DNA of 64,000 bases from Chthonomonadia bacterium (lineage in GTDB: Bacteria; Armatimonadota; HRBIN16), in contig JABUFA010000001.1 of NCBI GenBank assembly GCA_013314755.1, positions 23,594-87,593 of the forward strand. Direction: 5' to 3'. The position numbers were made by a program, and so were the translations under genes. The notes below the pieces were generated by a model, which was not told the origin of the DNA, made no database searches, and worked only from the letters and a program-made list of their open reading frames with translations. Within the stretch, counting starts at the first letter, position 1, and the number at the start of each line of letters is the position of its first letter. Below, piece after piece: positions 51,689 to 61,340 of this stretch.

Positions 51689-52050
51689 TGGACAGGTACA
51701 GGGCTTTATGAAGCTTTGCGGTCTTGCGCTCGTGAAGCGGTATGCCAGACATTGCCCAACGCTCTGGAGGGCGCGCGCTGCGAATTGCGTTGCTTCCTTC
51801 AGCAGTTTTTCCAGTACTTTCTTTTAGATGTTATAGCCCTGCTCATTGTAGTGGGGTATGTTGTAGCGTTGGCTTCTTCTGTGCGGCGTCGCTGGGTTTC
51901 TGGGGCTTCGCAAGGCAATTCACTATAGCTCCGTCAAGCCTGAATCTTGGTGGTATAGATACTCCACGCAACGGTATTTGCGGTTCATTATCTTTCACCT
52001 CTAACAGTAAGCATAACACAAAGATGAAAAGTTCCACACCCTAGGCATCG

Positions 52051-52121
52051 CTCTCCTTCCCTCGCAGGGAAGGGGCTGGGGGTTAGGTTCAAACGGCTCG
52101 GCAGGAGCCTTGCCCTCCATC
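52051..52121. repeat. REP-like repeat copy (CCTTCCCTcgcAGGGAAGG + GGCTCGGCAGGAGCCTTGCCCTCC modules)
   Basis: Modules shared with 26.64-26.76 kb and 49.72 kb, in a different order. Confidence 0.8.
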
Positions 52122-52325
52122 AAATGTTGACAGTTACAACTCTTTCTTGCGATAATAAGACATCCTGATAGTATCGGAAAACCTGCCATGTCGCGCCGGG
52201 AGCGGATATATCGCTTCTTCCTTCACCATGGGTGCACACCGCAGCGATGGTGCTGACGACGAGTATACACAAACGACGCCCCGAACGGGGATGTGGAGGT
52301 TGCACAGGGTGTGGAGGTGATTGAG

Positions 52326-52904
52326 ATGCGAAGACCGCTGGCTTTTACACTGGTGGAGATACTGGTGGTGCTGGCGATTATCGCTGTGCTGGCGGCGCTA
52401 ACCATCAGCGGGGTGCAGTATGCCACTAAATACGCGCATCGTAGCACATGTATCAGCAATCTGCGCCAGCTGGTGACCGCGCTGAAGATGTATGACCAGA
52501 ACTGGGGAGGACCGCCGCCGTTATTGGTGGCGCACAACACTTGGGACAAGGTTCAGCCGGAGATTAAACCGGTCCTGCTCTGTCCTGCCGATTTCTCCAA
52601 GGGGGAGTTGCTTCCCGGCACTCTTAAACCCAAGCATGGTAAGTGGGTGCACAGTTCTTACAGTCCGTTCTACTTCATGAACGAGCTGGACTGTTCGGGC
52701 AGGCTTGACCAGCCCAGTTGGGCGCCGCTTCCTGATGCGGAGCGGATTTGGTTCATCTGTCGCTGGCATGCCCCTCATCCCTGGCTGTACGCCTATGCGG
52801 ACGGGCATGTGGAGTGGGCGAACGAGTTTTTACCCGGTCAGTCCGAGGGAAGAACTGCGCAGTATATCAGGCGACTAAAAGAGGTATGCCCGAACAAGCC
52901 ATGA
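52326..52904 (+). CDS. Short prepilin-type N-terminal cleavage/methylation domain protein
   Basis: MRRPLAFTLVEILVVLAIIAVLAAL class III signal and a degenerate C-terminal ADGHVEW motif. Confidence 0.6.
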   Translation: MRRPLAFTLVEILVVLAIIAVLAALTISGVQYATKYAHRSTCISNLRQLVTALKMYDQNWGGPPPLLVAHNTWDKVQPEIKPVLLCPADFSKGELLPGTLKPKHGKWVHSSYSPFYFMNELDCSGRLDQPSWAPLPDAERIWFICRWHAPHPWLYAYADGHVEWANEFLPGQSEGRTAQYIRRLKEVCPNKP

Positions 52905-52950
52905 TAGGTTCCTTTACCCCAACAATCTACCGGAGAAGGAGGGAGGCAAA

Positions 52951-53433
52951 ATGACTTCCAGAGTTCACAGACTGGTCGCAGTGTGGGTTGTGCTTGCCGG
53001 GCTGGCAGTCTGGGTTACTGCCACCAATGCCGGGCAGGGAGGAGGTCCAAGCTGGGGCACGTTGGCGCCGCAATATTTTGGCGACGCCTGTCAAAGCACC
53101 TGCCCACCCCCGGACGAGTGTTCGCTTCGCTGGATTAGAACGCGTTCTCAGAACTGTTGCATCTGGGACTGGGGATGCTGGCTCAATCCGTCGGAGCCGA
53201 ACTATCAAATCAAGCCATGCCAGCGGGATGAGTGGGAGTGCGTCTGGCTACCTGCTCCTCTTCCGCCTGCGCCGCCCAGCGGTGGGAGGTCATCAAACGC
53301 GAGCGTTGCCAACAACGATTCTGCGCTGGTTCCTCAGACACCCCCCGTTATTCGCTGCTGTCAGGAGGCTTACCAATGCCAGGAGGTAGACGGAAATCCC
53401 TGTTGCGACCCGGTAAATGCGCTGTGTCCATGA
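52951..53433 (+). CDS. Cysteine-rich small secreted protein (hypothetical)
   Basis: Signal peptide (cleavage near TATNA). The ~135-aa mature region has 14 Cys including CC and CxxC pairs. AGGAGGGAGG RBS. Ends at a hairpin/T-tract terminator. Confidence 0.5.
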   Translation: MTSRVHRLVAVWVVLAGLAVWVTATNAGQGGGPSWGTLAPQYFGDACQSTCPPPDECSLRWIRTRSQNCCIWDWGCWLNPSEPNYQIKPCQRDEWECVWLPAPLPPAPPSGGRSSNASVANNDSALVPQTPPVIRCCQEAYQCQEVDGNPCCDPVNALCP

Positions 53434-53486
53434 GAGCCATGGGTCGGTAAGTGAACCTAAGGTTTTCCATCTTTGCTGTTTGGGAA

Positions 53487-53527
53487 GGGCGGTTCTGTGC
53501 AAGAGCAGGACCGCCCCTCATTTTGTC
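53487..53527 (+). terminator. Bidirectional terminator hairpin between Cys-rich gene (+) and clpB (-)
   Basis: Stem GGGCGGTTCTG / CAGGACCGCCC (one mismatch) followed on the plus strand by CTCATTTTGTCT. Confidence 0.55.
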
Positions 53528-53616
53528 TAAACTCGAGTTCTCTCGTTTCTTCCCATATCTTTTTGAGCTTTTGCAGTATGGTTGCCCCCTGTGTTCCGAT
53601 GGCGGTTATCCGCGTG

Positions 53617-56223
53617 TTACCCCACCACTTCTGCCTGCACGCGCCTGGTGAACACCAGCTCACCGTTCTGGGCGTCCACCACGATATGGTCGCCCTCGGC
53701 GAACTCGCCAGCCAGCAGTTTGGTGGCGATGGTGTCCATCACGCGCTTCTGCAGGACGCGCTTCAGCGGTCGCGCACCATACACGGGGTCAAAGCCCTCC
53801 GCCGCCAGCACTTCCTTCGCTGCGTCGGTGACCGTCAGCTGGATGTGTTTGTCCTCCAGTCGCTTCTGCAGGAGGCGAATCTGGATGTCCACAATCTGCT
53901 TAATCTCGTTCACCGACAGCGGATTGAACACGATAATCTCGTCGATGCGGTTCAGGAACTCGGGGCGGAAGTGTGCCCGCACCGCGTCCATCACCTGCAT
54001 CCGCGCCTCCTGCATGTCCAGGAAGGCGTTCTCGGCAAGGAAGTGCGAACCGATGTTGGAGGTCATAATCAACACGGTGTTCTTGAAGTCCACCGTGCGA
54101 CCTTTGCCATCGGTCAGGCGACCGTCGTCCAGCACCTGCAGGAGCACGTTGAACACCTCCGGGTGCGCCTTTTCAATCTCGTCCAGCAGGATGACGCTGT
54201 ACGGACGCCGGCGCACCGCTTCGGTAAGCTGTCCGCCCTCTTCGTAGCCCACATAGCCGGGCGGGGCGCCAATCAGCCGTGCCACCGAGTGCTTCTCCAT
54301 GTACTCCGACATGTCGATGCGGATCATCGCCCGCTCGTCGTCGAACAGGAACTCGGCTAAGGCGCGCGCCAGCTCGGTCTTACCGACGCCGGTCGGTCCC
54401 AGGAACATGAACGAGCCGATGGGTCGGTTCGGGTCCTGCAAGCCGGCACGTGCCCGACGCACGGCGTTCGCCACCGCCTGAATCGCGTGGTCCTGTCCAA
54501 CCACGCGCTGGCGCAACCGCTCCTCCATGTGCAGGAGCTTCTGCATCTCGCCTTCCATCAGGCGCGAGACGGGAATGCCCGTCCACTTGCTGACCACCTC
54601 AGCGATGTCGTCGGCGTCGACCTCCTCTTTCAGCAGTTTCATGTGCTTCTGCAGTTCCTCCAGACGCTTCGTTTCGGCGTCCAGCTGCTTCTGTAGGGAG
54701 AGGATGACGCCGTAGCGCAGTTCCGCCGCTCTGGCGAGGTCGCCTTCACGCTCCGCAGCCTGCTCCTGCAGGCGCGCCTGCTCGATCTGCTCCTTGATAC
54801 TGCGGATGCGCGAGATAATCTCCTTCTCCTGCTGCCAGTGTGCCTTCAGGCGGTTGCTCTCCTCGCGCAGGTTGGCGATTTCCGCCTCCAGCTTCTCCAG
54901 TCGCTCCTTGCTGGCAGGGTCATCCTCCTTGCGCAGAGCCTCGCGCTCGATCTCCAACTGGCGGATGCGCCGCTCGATTTCGTCGATTTCGGTGGGCATG
55001 GAGTCGATCTCCATGCGCAGGCGCGATGCCGCCTCGTCAATCAGGTCAATCGCCTTGTCGGGTAGGAAGCGGTCGGCAATGTAACGATGCGAAAGAGTCG
55101 CCGCTGCCACGATGGCGCTGTCGGTGATGCGCACGCCGTGGTGCACCTCGTATCGCTCCTTCAGCCCGCGCAGGATGGCGATGGTGTCCTCCACATCAGG
55201 CTCACTGACCAGAATGGGCTGGAAGCGTCGCTCCAGCGCAGGGTCCTTCTCAATATGTTTGCGATACTCGTCCAGCGTGGTGGCGCCCACACAGCGCAGC
55301 TCACCTCGCGCCAGCATCGGCTTCAGCATGTTCGCGGCGTCAATGGCGCCTTCCGCTGCGCCCGCGCCCACCAGCGTGTGCAGTTCGTCAATGAAGACGA
55401 TAATCTGCCCCTCGGCGGACTGAATCTCGCGCAGAACCGCCTTCAGACGGTCTTCGAACTCGCCGCGATACTTGGTGCCTGCCACCAGCGCGCCCAGGTC
55501 CAGCTGCCAGACGCGCTTGTTCTTGAGACCTTCGGGCACGTCGCCCGCCACGATGCGCTGTGCCAGCCCTTCTACGATGGCGGTCTTGCCGACGCCCGGT
55601 TCGCCGATAAGCACCGGGTTGTTCTTGGTTCGCCGCGACAGCACCTGTATCACGCGCCGGATTTCGTCGTCGCGCCCGATGACGGGGTCCAGCTTGCCTT
55701 TGCGGGCGAGGTCGGTCAGGTCGCGTCCGTACCGCTCCAGCGCCTGGTATTTCTCTTCCGGGTTCTGGTCGGTGACGCGATGCCCGCCGCGAATCTCCAT
55801 CAACGCCTGATACAGGCTATCCGGCGTCACGCCTGCCTGTTTCAGCAGTCGACCCGCCGCGCCCTGCGTGTCCTGCACCAGCGCCATCAGCAGGTGCTCG
55901 GTGCTGACGTACTCGTCCTTCAGGCGCTCTGCCTCTTCAAAGGCTTTGTCCATCACCTGCTTGAAGCGCGGCGTGATGTACGACGCGACCGATGCGCCGT
56001 GTACCTGTGGCAGTTTCTTCAGTTCCGCCTCCACATACCGGCGCAGAACGGGCAGTTGCACGCCCAGCTTCTGCAGAACGGTCGGCACGATGCTTTCGGT
56101 CTGGTCAATGAGTGCCAGCAAGAGATGTTCGGCGTCGATGTTTTGATGATTCATGCGCTCAGCGATGCTTTGTGCGTTCTGCACCGCCTCCTGAGCGCGG
56201 ATGGTCAATTTATCCAATCGCAT
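53617..56223 (-). CDS. clpB: Chaperone ClpB (Hsp104-type AAA+ disaggregase)
   Basis: 868 aa with two AAA+ modules ([15 protein letters not shown]; [15 protein letters not shown]) and a long coiled-coil middle domain. Confidence 0.95.
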   Translation of the reverse strand: MRLDKLTIRAQEAVQNAQSIAERMNHQNIDAEHLLLALIDQTESIVPTVLQKLGVQLPVLRRYVEAELKKLPQVHGASVASYITPRFKQVMDKAFEEAERLKDEYVSTEHLLMALVQDTQGAAGRLLKQAGVTPDSLYQALMEIRGGHRVTDQNPEEKYQALERYGRDLTDLARKGKLDPVIGRDDEIRRVIQVLSRRTKNNPVLIGEPGVGKTAIVEGLAQRIVAGDVPEGLKNKRVWQLDLGALVAGTKYRGEFEDRLKAVLREIQSAEGQIIVFIDELHTLVGAGAAEGAIDAANMLKPMLARGELRCVGATTLDEYRKHIEKDPALERRFQPILVSEPDVEDTIAILRGLKERYEVHHGVRITDSAIVAAATLSHRYIADRFLPDKAIDLIDEAASRLRMEIDSMPTEIDEIERRIRQLEIEREALRKEDDPASKERLEKLEAEIANLREESNRLKAHWQQEKEIISRIRSIKEQIEQARLQEQAAEREGDLARAAELRYGVILSLQKQLDAETKRLEELQKHMKLLKEEVDADDIAEVVSKWTGIPVSRLMEGEMQKLLHMEERLRQRVVGQDHAIQAVANAVRRARAGLQDPNRPIGSFMFLGPTGVGKTELARALAEFLFDDERAMIRIDMSEYMEKHSVARLIGAPPGYVGYEEGGQLTEAVRRRPYSVILLDEIEKAHPEVFNVLLQVLDDGRLTDGKGRTVDFKNTVLIMTSNIGSHFLAENAFLDMQEARMQVMDAVRAHFRPEFLNRIDEIIVFNPLSVNEIKQIVDIQIRLLQKRLEDKHIQLTVTDAAKEVLAAEGFDPVYGARPLKRVLQKRVMDTIATKLLAGEFAEGDHIVVDAQNGELVFTRRVQAEVVG

Positions 56224-56265
56224 GGTCTACCCTCCTGCGTATGATATTCTCGTTTTCTCACCTGT

Positions 56266-56295
56266 ATTATACCACTTGATATTACTATTATCAAG
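56266..56295 (-). promoter_or_regulatory. Consensus sigma70-type promoter of clpB (TTGATA-17-TATAAT) overlapped by HAIR-like inverted repeat CTTGATA-N7-TATCAAG (candidate HspR operator)
   Basis: Read directly: -10 at 56266-56271, -35 at 56289-56294, 17-bp spacer. The palindrome 56275-56295 differs from the HAIR consensus CTTGAGT-N7-ACTCAAG at 2 positions per half-site. Confidence 0.6.
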
Positions 56296-56371
56296 TCTTT
56301 TGCGCACTATATTAGAAAATATTTGATAGTGAAAGGCGGCTAATATCCAGCCTTTCCCTGCAAGGGAACGA

Positions 56372-56465
56372 GAGCCTCACCTCTCCCCGCGTCGGGGAGA
56401 GGCCGGGAGAGGGGTTTTCCGTGTTTCCCTCTCCTTGTGGGAGAGGGTCAGGGTGAGGGCTTCTC
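56372..56465. repeat. REP-like composite repeat, inverted copy of 49950-50045
   Basis: The reverse complement matches GCCCTCACCCTGACCCTCTCCCAC(G/A)AGGAGAGGG…CCCCTCTCCC.GCCTCTCCCCGACGCGGGGAGAGGTGA with few substitutions. Confidence 0.85.
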
Positions 56466-56549
56466 CTGCAGGTAGGGCTGTTCCACAAAGGACTCCCCCT
56501 GCAAACCGCGTATACGAATGTAAAACGCGCTATCGTGAAGGAGGCTCCG

Positions 56550-57734
56550 ATGTCTCAGCCGGATATTTGCAAGCGGTTCATGCTGTCCTTCTGGTGTGCT
56601 CCACCACCGGAAGAGACCACTCTGCAGCGCTATCACGAAATCGCGGAGTGCGGTTTCAACGTGGTGCTGCCGCCGTGTGGTGCATGGAGCAGGGAGCTGA
56701 ATCATCAGATTCTCGACCTGTGCCAGAAGACGGGGCTGAAAGCGATTGTTGGGGACAGCAGGGTAATTGCAAAACAGCCGGACGACCCCGATTTCGAGAA
56801 GAACCTCGACGCGGTGATTGCCGACTACGCGAAGCACCCTGCGCTGGCGGGCTACTTTCTGGTGGACGAACCGAACGCCTCCGCTTTTGCCCTTCTGGGG
56901 GCGGTGAACCGATACCTGCTGAAGAAAGACCCAAAGCACCTGCCCTATGTCAACCTCTTTCCCAACTACGCGAACGAACAGCAGCTGGGCACCAAAACCT
57001 ACGACGAACACGTCGCACGCTACATCGAGGAGGTTCAGCCCGCCCTGGTCAGCTGGGACCACTATGCGCTGTTCGAAAACGGCGAACGCGGCATCTACTT
57101 CGAGAATCTAGAGATTGTGCGCAGGCACTGCCTGCAGGCAAAACTGCCCTTTGTGCAGATCGTGCTGACCGTGCCTCACGGTCCCTATCGCGACCCCGAT
57201 GAGGCGGACCTGCGCTGGCAGGCGTACACCACTCTGGCTTATGGCGCGAAAGGTATCCTGTGGTTCACCTACTGGACGCCGCCGTTTGACCCTCAGTGGC
57301 GATTCCGCAACGCCATCATTAACGAGAAGGGCACGCCGTCGGCGAAGTACACCATCCTGAAAGACCTCCACCAGCGTATCCAGGCGGTAGCCGGGGTGCA
57401 GATGCGCCTGCGCAGTATGGGAGTGTATCATACGCCGCCCCTGCCTGCAGGAACGATAGGCTTGGACGCAAAGTCGCCCGTATCGGAGTGCGATAGCCCG
57501 GAGGTGCTGATTGGCTGGCTGAGGGATGGACGCCGCAGGGACTATCTGTGGGTGGTCAACCGTTCGTTCAAGGAGAGCCGCCGGGTGGTGCTTCGCCTGC
57601 GTGCGACCGTGCGCGAGGTGGGCGAGCTCAGCCAGTACGACGGACAGGTACGCCCTGCCCGGTATGAGGAGGCGGGGCGCATCCTGCGAACGGATTTACT
57701 GCCCGGCGAGGGCGGGTTGTTTGTGCTGGCATAA
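56550..57734 (+). CDS. Hypothetical TIM-barrel glycoside-hydrolase-like protein
   Basis: About 395 aa. Pattern of alternating beta/alpha segments with conserved acidic/aromatic residues (GYFLVDEPN…, VSWDHYALF, ILWFTYWTPP) resembles GH42/GH113-type barrels. No confident family. Confidence 0.35.
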   Translation: MSQPDICKRFMLSFWCAPPPEETTLQRYHEIAECGFNVVLPPCGAWSRELNHQILDLCQKTGLKAIVGDSRVIAKQPDDPDFEKNLDAVIADYAKHPALAGYFLVDEPNASAFALLGAVNRYLLKKDPKHLPYVNLFPNYANEQQLGTKTYDEHVARYIEEVQPALVSWDHYALFENGERGIYFENLEIVRRHCLQAKLPFVQIVLTVPHGPYRDPDEADLRWQAYTTLAYGAKGILWFTYWTPPFDPQWRFRNAIINEKGTPSAKYTILKDLHQRIQAVAGVQMRLRSMGVYHTPPLPAGTIGLDAKSPVSECDSPEVLIGWLRDGRRRDYLWVVNRSFKESRRVVLRLRATVREVGELSQYDGQVRPARYEEAGRILRTDLLPGEGGLFVLA

Positions 57735-57786
57735 CCCGCCGATGGATGCGGTATAATGGAAAACCAGTAACGCTGTGGAGGTACGC

Positions 57787-60621
57787 ATGGAGGCTTTCCT
57801 AGGGCTATCGGCGGAATGTGTTGGGCTGTCGCCGCCGATGTGTGAAGACGTCGCTTTCGTGGACCGCCTGCTGGGCGAGGTGCTGAGCACGCAGGAGGGA
57901 GAACGCCTGGTGCACATCGCCCGCCAGCTCTATGAGGAATCGGAGACGGCGGACCCCCTGAGCCTGATGGAACGCATTCCGGATCTGCGCGACCCGCTGT
58001 TTGTGCATCGGCTGTTGCGGGCGTATGCGGTGCTGTTTCAGCTGCTGAACATCGTGGAGCAGAAAGAGATTGTCCGGGTGAACCGCGAGCGGCAGGTACG
58101 GGCAACAGGTGTGCCTCGCCCGGAGTCGATACGTGAGGCGATACTGCGTTTGAAAGAGAGCGGGGTGAGCGCGGAAGAGATGCAGAACCTGCTGTACCGG
58201 CTGGATATCTGCCCCACCATCACCGCGCACCCGACCGAAGCCCGGCGACGCTCGATACTGGATAAGATTTATCGCATCGCCGAGCACATGGCTCAACGCG
58301 CCCTGCCCCCGGACGCTCCACGTCTTGACCTATCCCTGAACGCTATGGGCATCGCCGATAGGGAAATCCGCCGCACACTCACCGCTCTGTGGCAGACCGA
58401 CGAGTTTGGTTCCGCAGCGGTCACCCCGCAGGACGAAGTGCGCAACGCCCTCTATTTCTTCCAGCACACCATCCTGGATGTGGTCGCCTGGCTGGTAGAT
58501 GACCTGCGTGCCGCGTTGAGGGAAGCCTACCCGGGCGCCGATTTCGACATACCACCCTTCATCCGCTATCGGTCGTGGGTGGGCGGCGACCGCGACGGCA
58601 ACCCGAGCGTCACCCCGGAGGTTACGTGGTGGACGCTGTTGATGCACAAGCGGCTGATTCTGCACCACTATCTGCGCCGGGTGCGCGACCTGCGGCGCGA
58701 GCTCACCCAGAGCACCCGACTGGTCCCTGCCAGCGAGGAGCTGCTTCTTGCCCTGCAGGAGTACCAAGAGCAGATTGCGCTCCCTGCACACATCCTGCGC
58801 CGGCACGTCCACGAGCCTTACGCGCTTCAGCTGTGTTATATTGAGGTGCGCCTGAAAGCCACCCTACAGCACCTGAGCGCACTGACCGACTTCCATGCCG
58901 AAGGTCCCTCCTTCGTAGCGCATTTTCCGGCATACCAGCACAGCCGGGAACTGATAACCGACCTCTGCCTGATGCAGCGAAGCCTGCGCGAAAACCGGGC
59001 TGGCGACCTGGCAGACGAGGGCGTCCTGGCGAATCTGGTCACGCAAGCGCAGGTGTTCGGATTTCATCTGGCGACGCTGGACATCCGCCAGCACAGCGAC
59101 GAGCACGCAAAGGCGGTCGACGAGATTCTTTCCGCCGCGCAGGCACTGCCACGTGGCAAACGCTATGAAGACCTGTCGGAAGAGGAGAAGGTGCGCCTGC
59201 TGACCCGCGAACTGTGCAACGCCCGTCCGCTGCTTCCGCGCGAGTGGAACTGCTCGGCGCATACGCAGTCAGTTCTGCAGGTCTTCGAGGTGGTGAAACA
59301 TGCCCTGCGCTATATCTCCCCTGAATCGGTGAGGGCATACGTTATCTCCATGACGCACGGCATCAGCGATGTGCTGGAGGTGCTGCTTCTGGCGAAAGAG
59401 GCGGGGCTGGTTCGCTGGCGCGACGGTCAGATGGAGAGCGACCTGGATGTGGTGCCGCTGTTTGAAACCATCCATGACCTGAGCACCTGCCATACATTGA
59501 TGAAGCAGTTGTTTGCCAATCGCGCCTATCGGCATCACCTGCAGGCTCGGGGCAGGTTCCAGGAGATTATGCTGGGCTACTCCGACAGCAGTAAGGACGG
59601 CGGCTATCTGGCGGCGAACTGGTGGCTCCATCAGACGCAGGCTCGGCTGGCGCAAACCTGCCAGCGGGCAGGAGTGGAGTTTCGCCTGTTCCACGGCAGA
59701 GGCGGCACCGTTGGTCGGGGCGGAGGACGAGCGAATCTGGCTATTCTCTCTCAGCCGCCGGGCAGTATGAACGGGCGTATCCGCTTCACCGAACAGGGCG
59801 AGGTGGTCTCCTTCCGCTACGGTCTGGCGCCCATCGCACACCGCCACCTCGAACAGATTGCCAACGCCGTTCTGCTCGCCACCGTCGGGCACGGTCGAAA
59901 ACGCATCCCAGAAGAGTGGCAATCGGTGCTGAGCAGTCTGGCGCAGCGATCTCTACAGGTGTACCGCGCGCTGGTGTACGAAGACCCCGACTTCTGGACG
60001 TTTTACACGCAGGCAACCCCTATCTCCCACATCAGCCGCCTGCCCATCGCCTCGCGCCCCGTGTTCCGACCACGTGGGGACATGGTGGGACTGGAAAGCC
60101 TGCGTGCCATCCCGTGGGTGTTCGCATGGGTGCAGAGCCGGTATGTGATACCGGGCTGGTATGGCGTGGGCAGTGCGCTGGAATGGTTCGGCTCGCAGTC
60201 GCCCGAGAACGTGGCACTGCTGCAGGAGATGTACCGGCGATGGTCTTTCTTCCGCATGGTGATTGATAACGCCCAGCTGGAGCTGGTGCGCGCCCACCTG
60301 CCTACGGCGCGACTCTACGCCTCCCGCGTCCAACCGCACGAGGTCGGACAGCGATTACATGCCCTGATCGAGCAGGAGTACCGGCGTACGGTAGAGTGGA
60401 TACTGCGCGTGACCGGGCAGGCGGAGCTGATACAGAACGCGCCGGTCGTTCGCCGTACAGTGCAACTGCGTAACCCGGCGGTCATGCCTTTGAGCAAGCT
60501 TCAGTTAGCCCTGCTGCACCGGTGGGATAAGCGATCAGGCGGCGAGGAGCAGGACCTCTGGCATGATGCCATTCTACTGAGCATTGCGGGTATCGCCGCG
60601 GCAATGCAAAGCACGGGATAG
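57787..60621 (+). CDS. ppc: Phosphoenolpyruvate carboxylase
   Basis: ITAHPTEARR, GYSDSSKDGGYLAANW and FHGRGGTVGRGGG PEPC signatures. ATG at 57787 with GGAGG RBS. Confidence 0.9.
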   Translation: MEAFLGLSAECVGLSPPMCEDVAFVDRLLGEVLSTQEGERLVHIARQLYEESETADPLSLMERIPDLRDPLFVHRLLRAYAVLFQLLNIVEQKEIVRVNRERQVRATGVPRPESIREAILRLKESGVSAEEMQNLLYRLDICPTITAHPTEARRRSILDKIYRIAEHMAQRALPPDAPRLDLSLNAMGIADREIRRTLTALWQTDEFGSAAVTPQDEVRNALYFFQHTILDVVAWLVDDLRAALREAYPGADFDIPPFIRYRSWVGGDRDGNPSVTPEVTWWTLLMHKRLILHHYLRRVRDLRRELTQSTRLVPASEELLLALQEYQEQIALPAHILRRHVHEPYALQLCYIEVRLKATLQHLSALTDFHAEGPSFVAHFPAYQHSRELITDLCLMQRSLRENRAGDLADEGVLANLVTQAQVFGFHLATLDIRQHSDEHAKAVDEILSAAQALPRGKRYEDLSEEEKVRLLTRELCNARPLLPREWNCSAHTQSVLQVFEVVKHALRYISPESVRAYVISMTHGISDVLEVLLLAKEAGLVRWRDGQMESDLDVVPLFETIHDLSTCHTLMKQLFANRAYRHHLQARGRFQEIMLGYSDSSKDGGYLAANWWLHQTQARLAQTCQRAGVEFRLFHGRGGTVGRGGGRANLAILSQPPGSMNGRIRFTEQGEVVSFRYGLAPIAHRHLEQIANAVLLATVGHGRKRIPEEWQSVLSSLAQRSLQVYRALVYEDPDFWTFYTQATPISHISRLPIASRPVFRPRGDMVGLESLRAIPWVFAWVQSRYVIPGWYGVGSALEWFGSQSPENVALLQEMYRRWSFFRMVIDNAQLELVRAHLPTARLYASRVQPHEVGQRLHALIEQEYRRTVEWILRVTGQAELIQNAPVVRRTVQLRNPAVMPLSKLQLALLHRWDKRSGGEEQDLWHDAILLSIAGIAAAMQSTG

Positions 60622-60632
60622 AGAGCAAAAGA

Positions 60633-60654
60633 GCGGCGCCCGGCAGGGCGCCGC
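60633..60654 (+). terminator. GC-rich hairpin downstream of ppc / convergent with cytochrome-like gene
   Basis: Perfect 9-bp stem GCGGCGCCC-ggcag-GGCGCCGC. No clear U-tract, so it may be a Rho-dependent or structural terminator. Confidence 0.4.
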
Positions 60655-60692
60655 AATCTGCAGGTCTATGAGGTGTTTTGCTGAAAAAGCTC

Positions 60693-61055
60693 CTACTCGG
60701 CAGGCTTGGTCTCCGCCGGCTTGCTCTTGGGGTCGCCCGGCAGGGCTCCCGCCTTGATCTCGTCGCCGTTGGATACGCCATCCTTGTCCGAGTCGAGCTT
60801 TTCGATAGACTTCAGGATTTCAGCGGTCAAATCCTTCGTCTTCTTCTCCTGCAACGCCTTCTGCAGGTCCTTGCCATAGACGTTCAACTCCTTGCCTTTC
60901 ACATGGCAAACGTTGCATTTCACTTTGGCAAGGTCGCTATCTTTGGAAGCAGGATAGGTCTTGTTGAACACCACCTGCATTTTGGGGGACGCCAGCACAC
61001 CGGCGATCAACCCCAGCGCCAGCAAGGTGCTTGTTAGCAGTCTGGTCACCTTCAT
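60693..61055 (-). CDS. Small secreted protein with CxxCH heme-binding motif and C-terminal EF-hand-like Ca-binding loop
   Basis: Signal peptide, then KCNVCHVKG (CxxCH), then DSDKDGVSNGDE (canonical 12-residue EF loop D-x-D-x-DG…E) and a K/P-rich tail. Confidence 0.55.
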   Translation of the reverse strand: MKVTRLLTSTLLALGLIAGVLASPKMQVVFNKTYPASKDSDLAKVKCNVCHVKGKELNVYGKDLQKALQEKKTKDLTAEILKSIEKLDSDKDGVSNGDEIKAGALPGDPKSKPAETKPAE

Positions 61056-61340
61056 CGGTTGTTCCTCCTGTTGTCTTGTTAGATACTCCACGGTTTGCTC
61101 TACTTGCCCGCCGGCTTGCTCTTGGGGTCACCCGGCAGGGTTCCCGCCTTGAGCTCGTCGCCGTTGGATACGCCATCCTTGTCCGAGTCGAGCTTTTCGA
61201 TAGACTTCAGGATTTCAGCGGTCAAATCCTTCGTCTTCTTCTCCTGCAACGCCTTCTGCAGGTCCTTGCCATAGACGTTCAACTCCTTGCCCTTCACGTG
61301 GCACACAGTGCATTTCGCCTTTGTCAGGTCACTTTCCGGT
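60720..61340. repeat. Tandem ~400-bp gene duplication (cytochrome-like paralogs) with ~95% nt identity over the 3' ~220 bp of each copy
   Basis: 60720-60940 versus 61120-61340 align with only scattered substitutions. The 5' parts (signal peptides) diverge. Confidence 0.8.
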
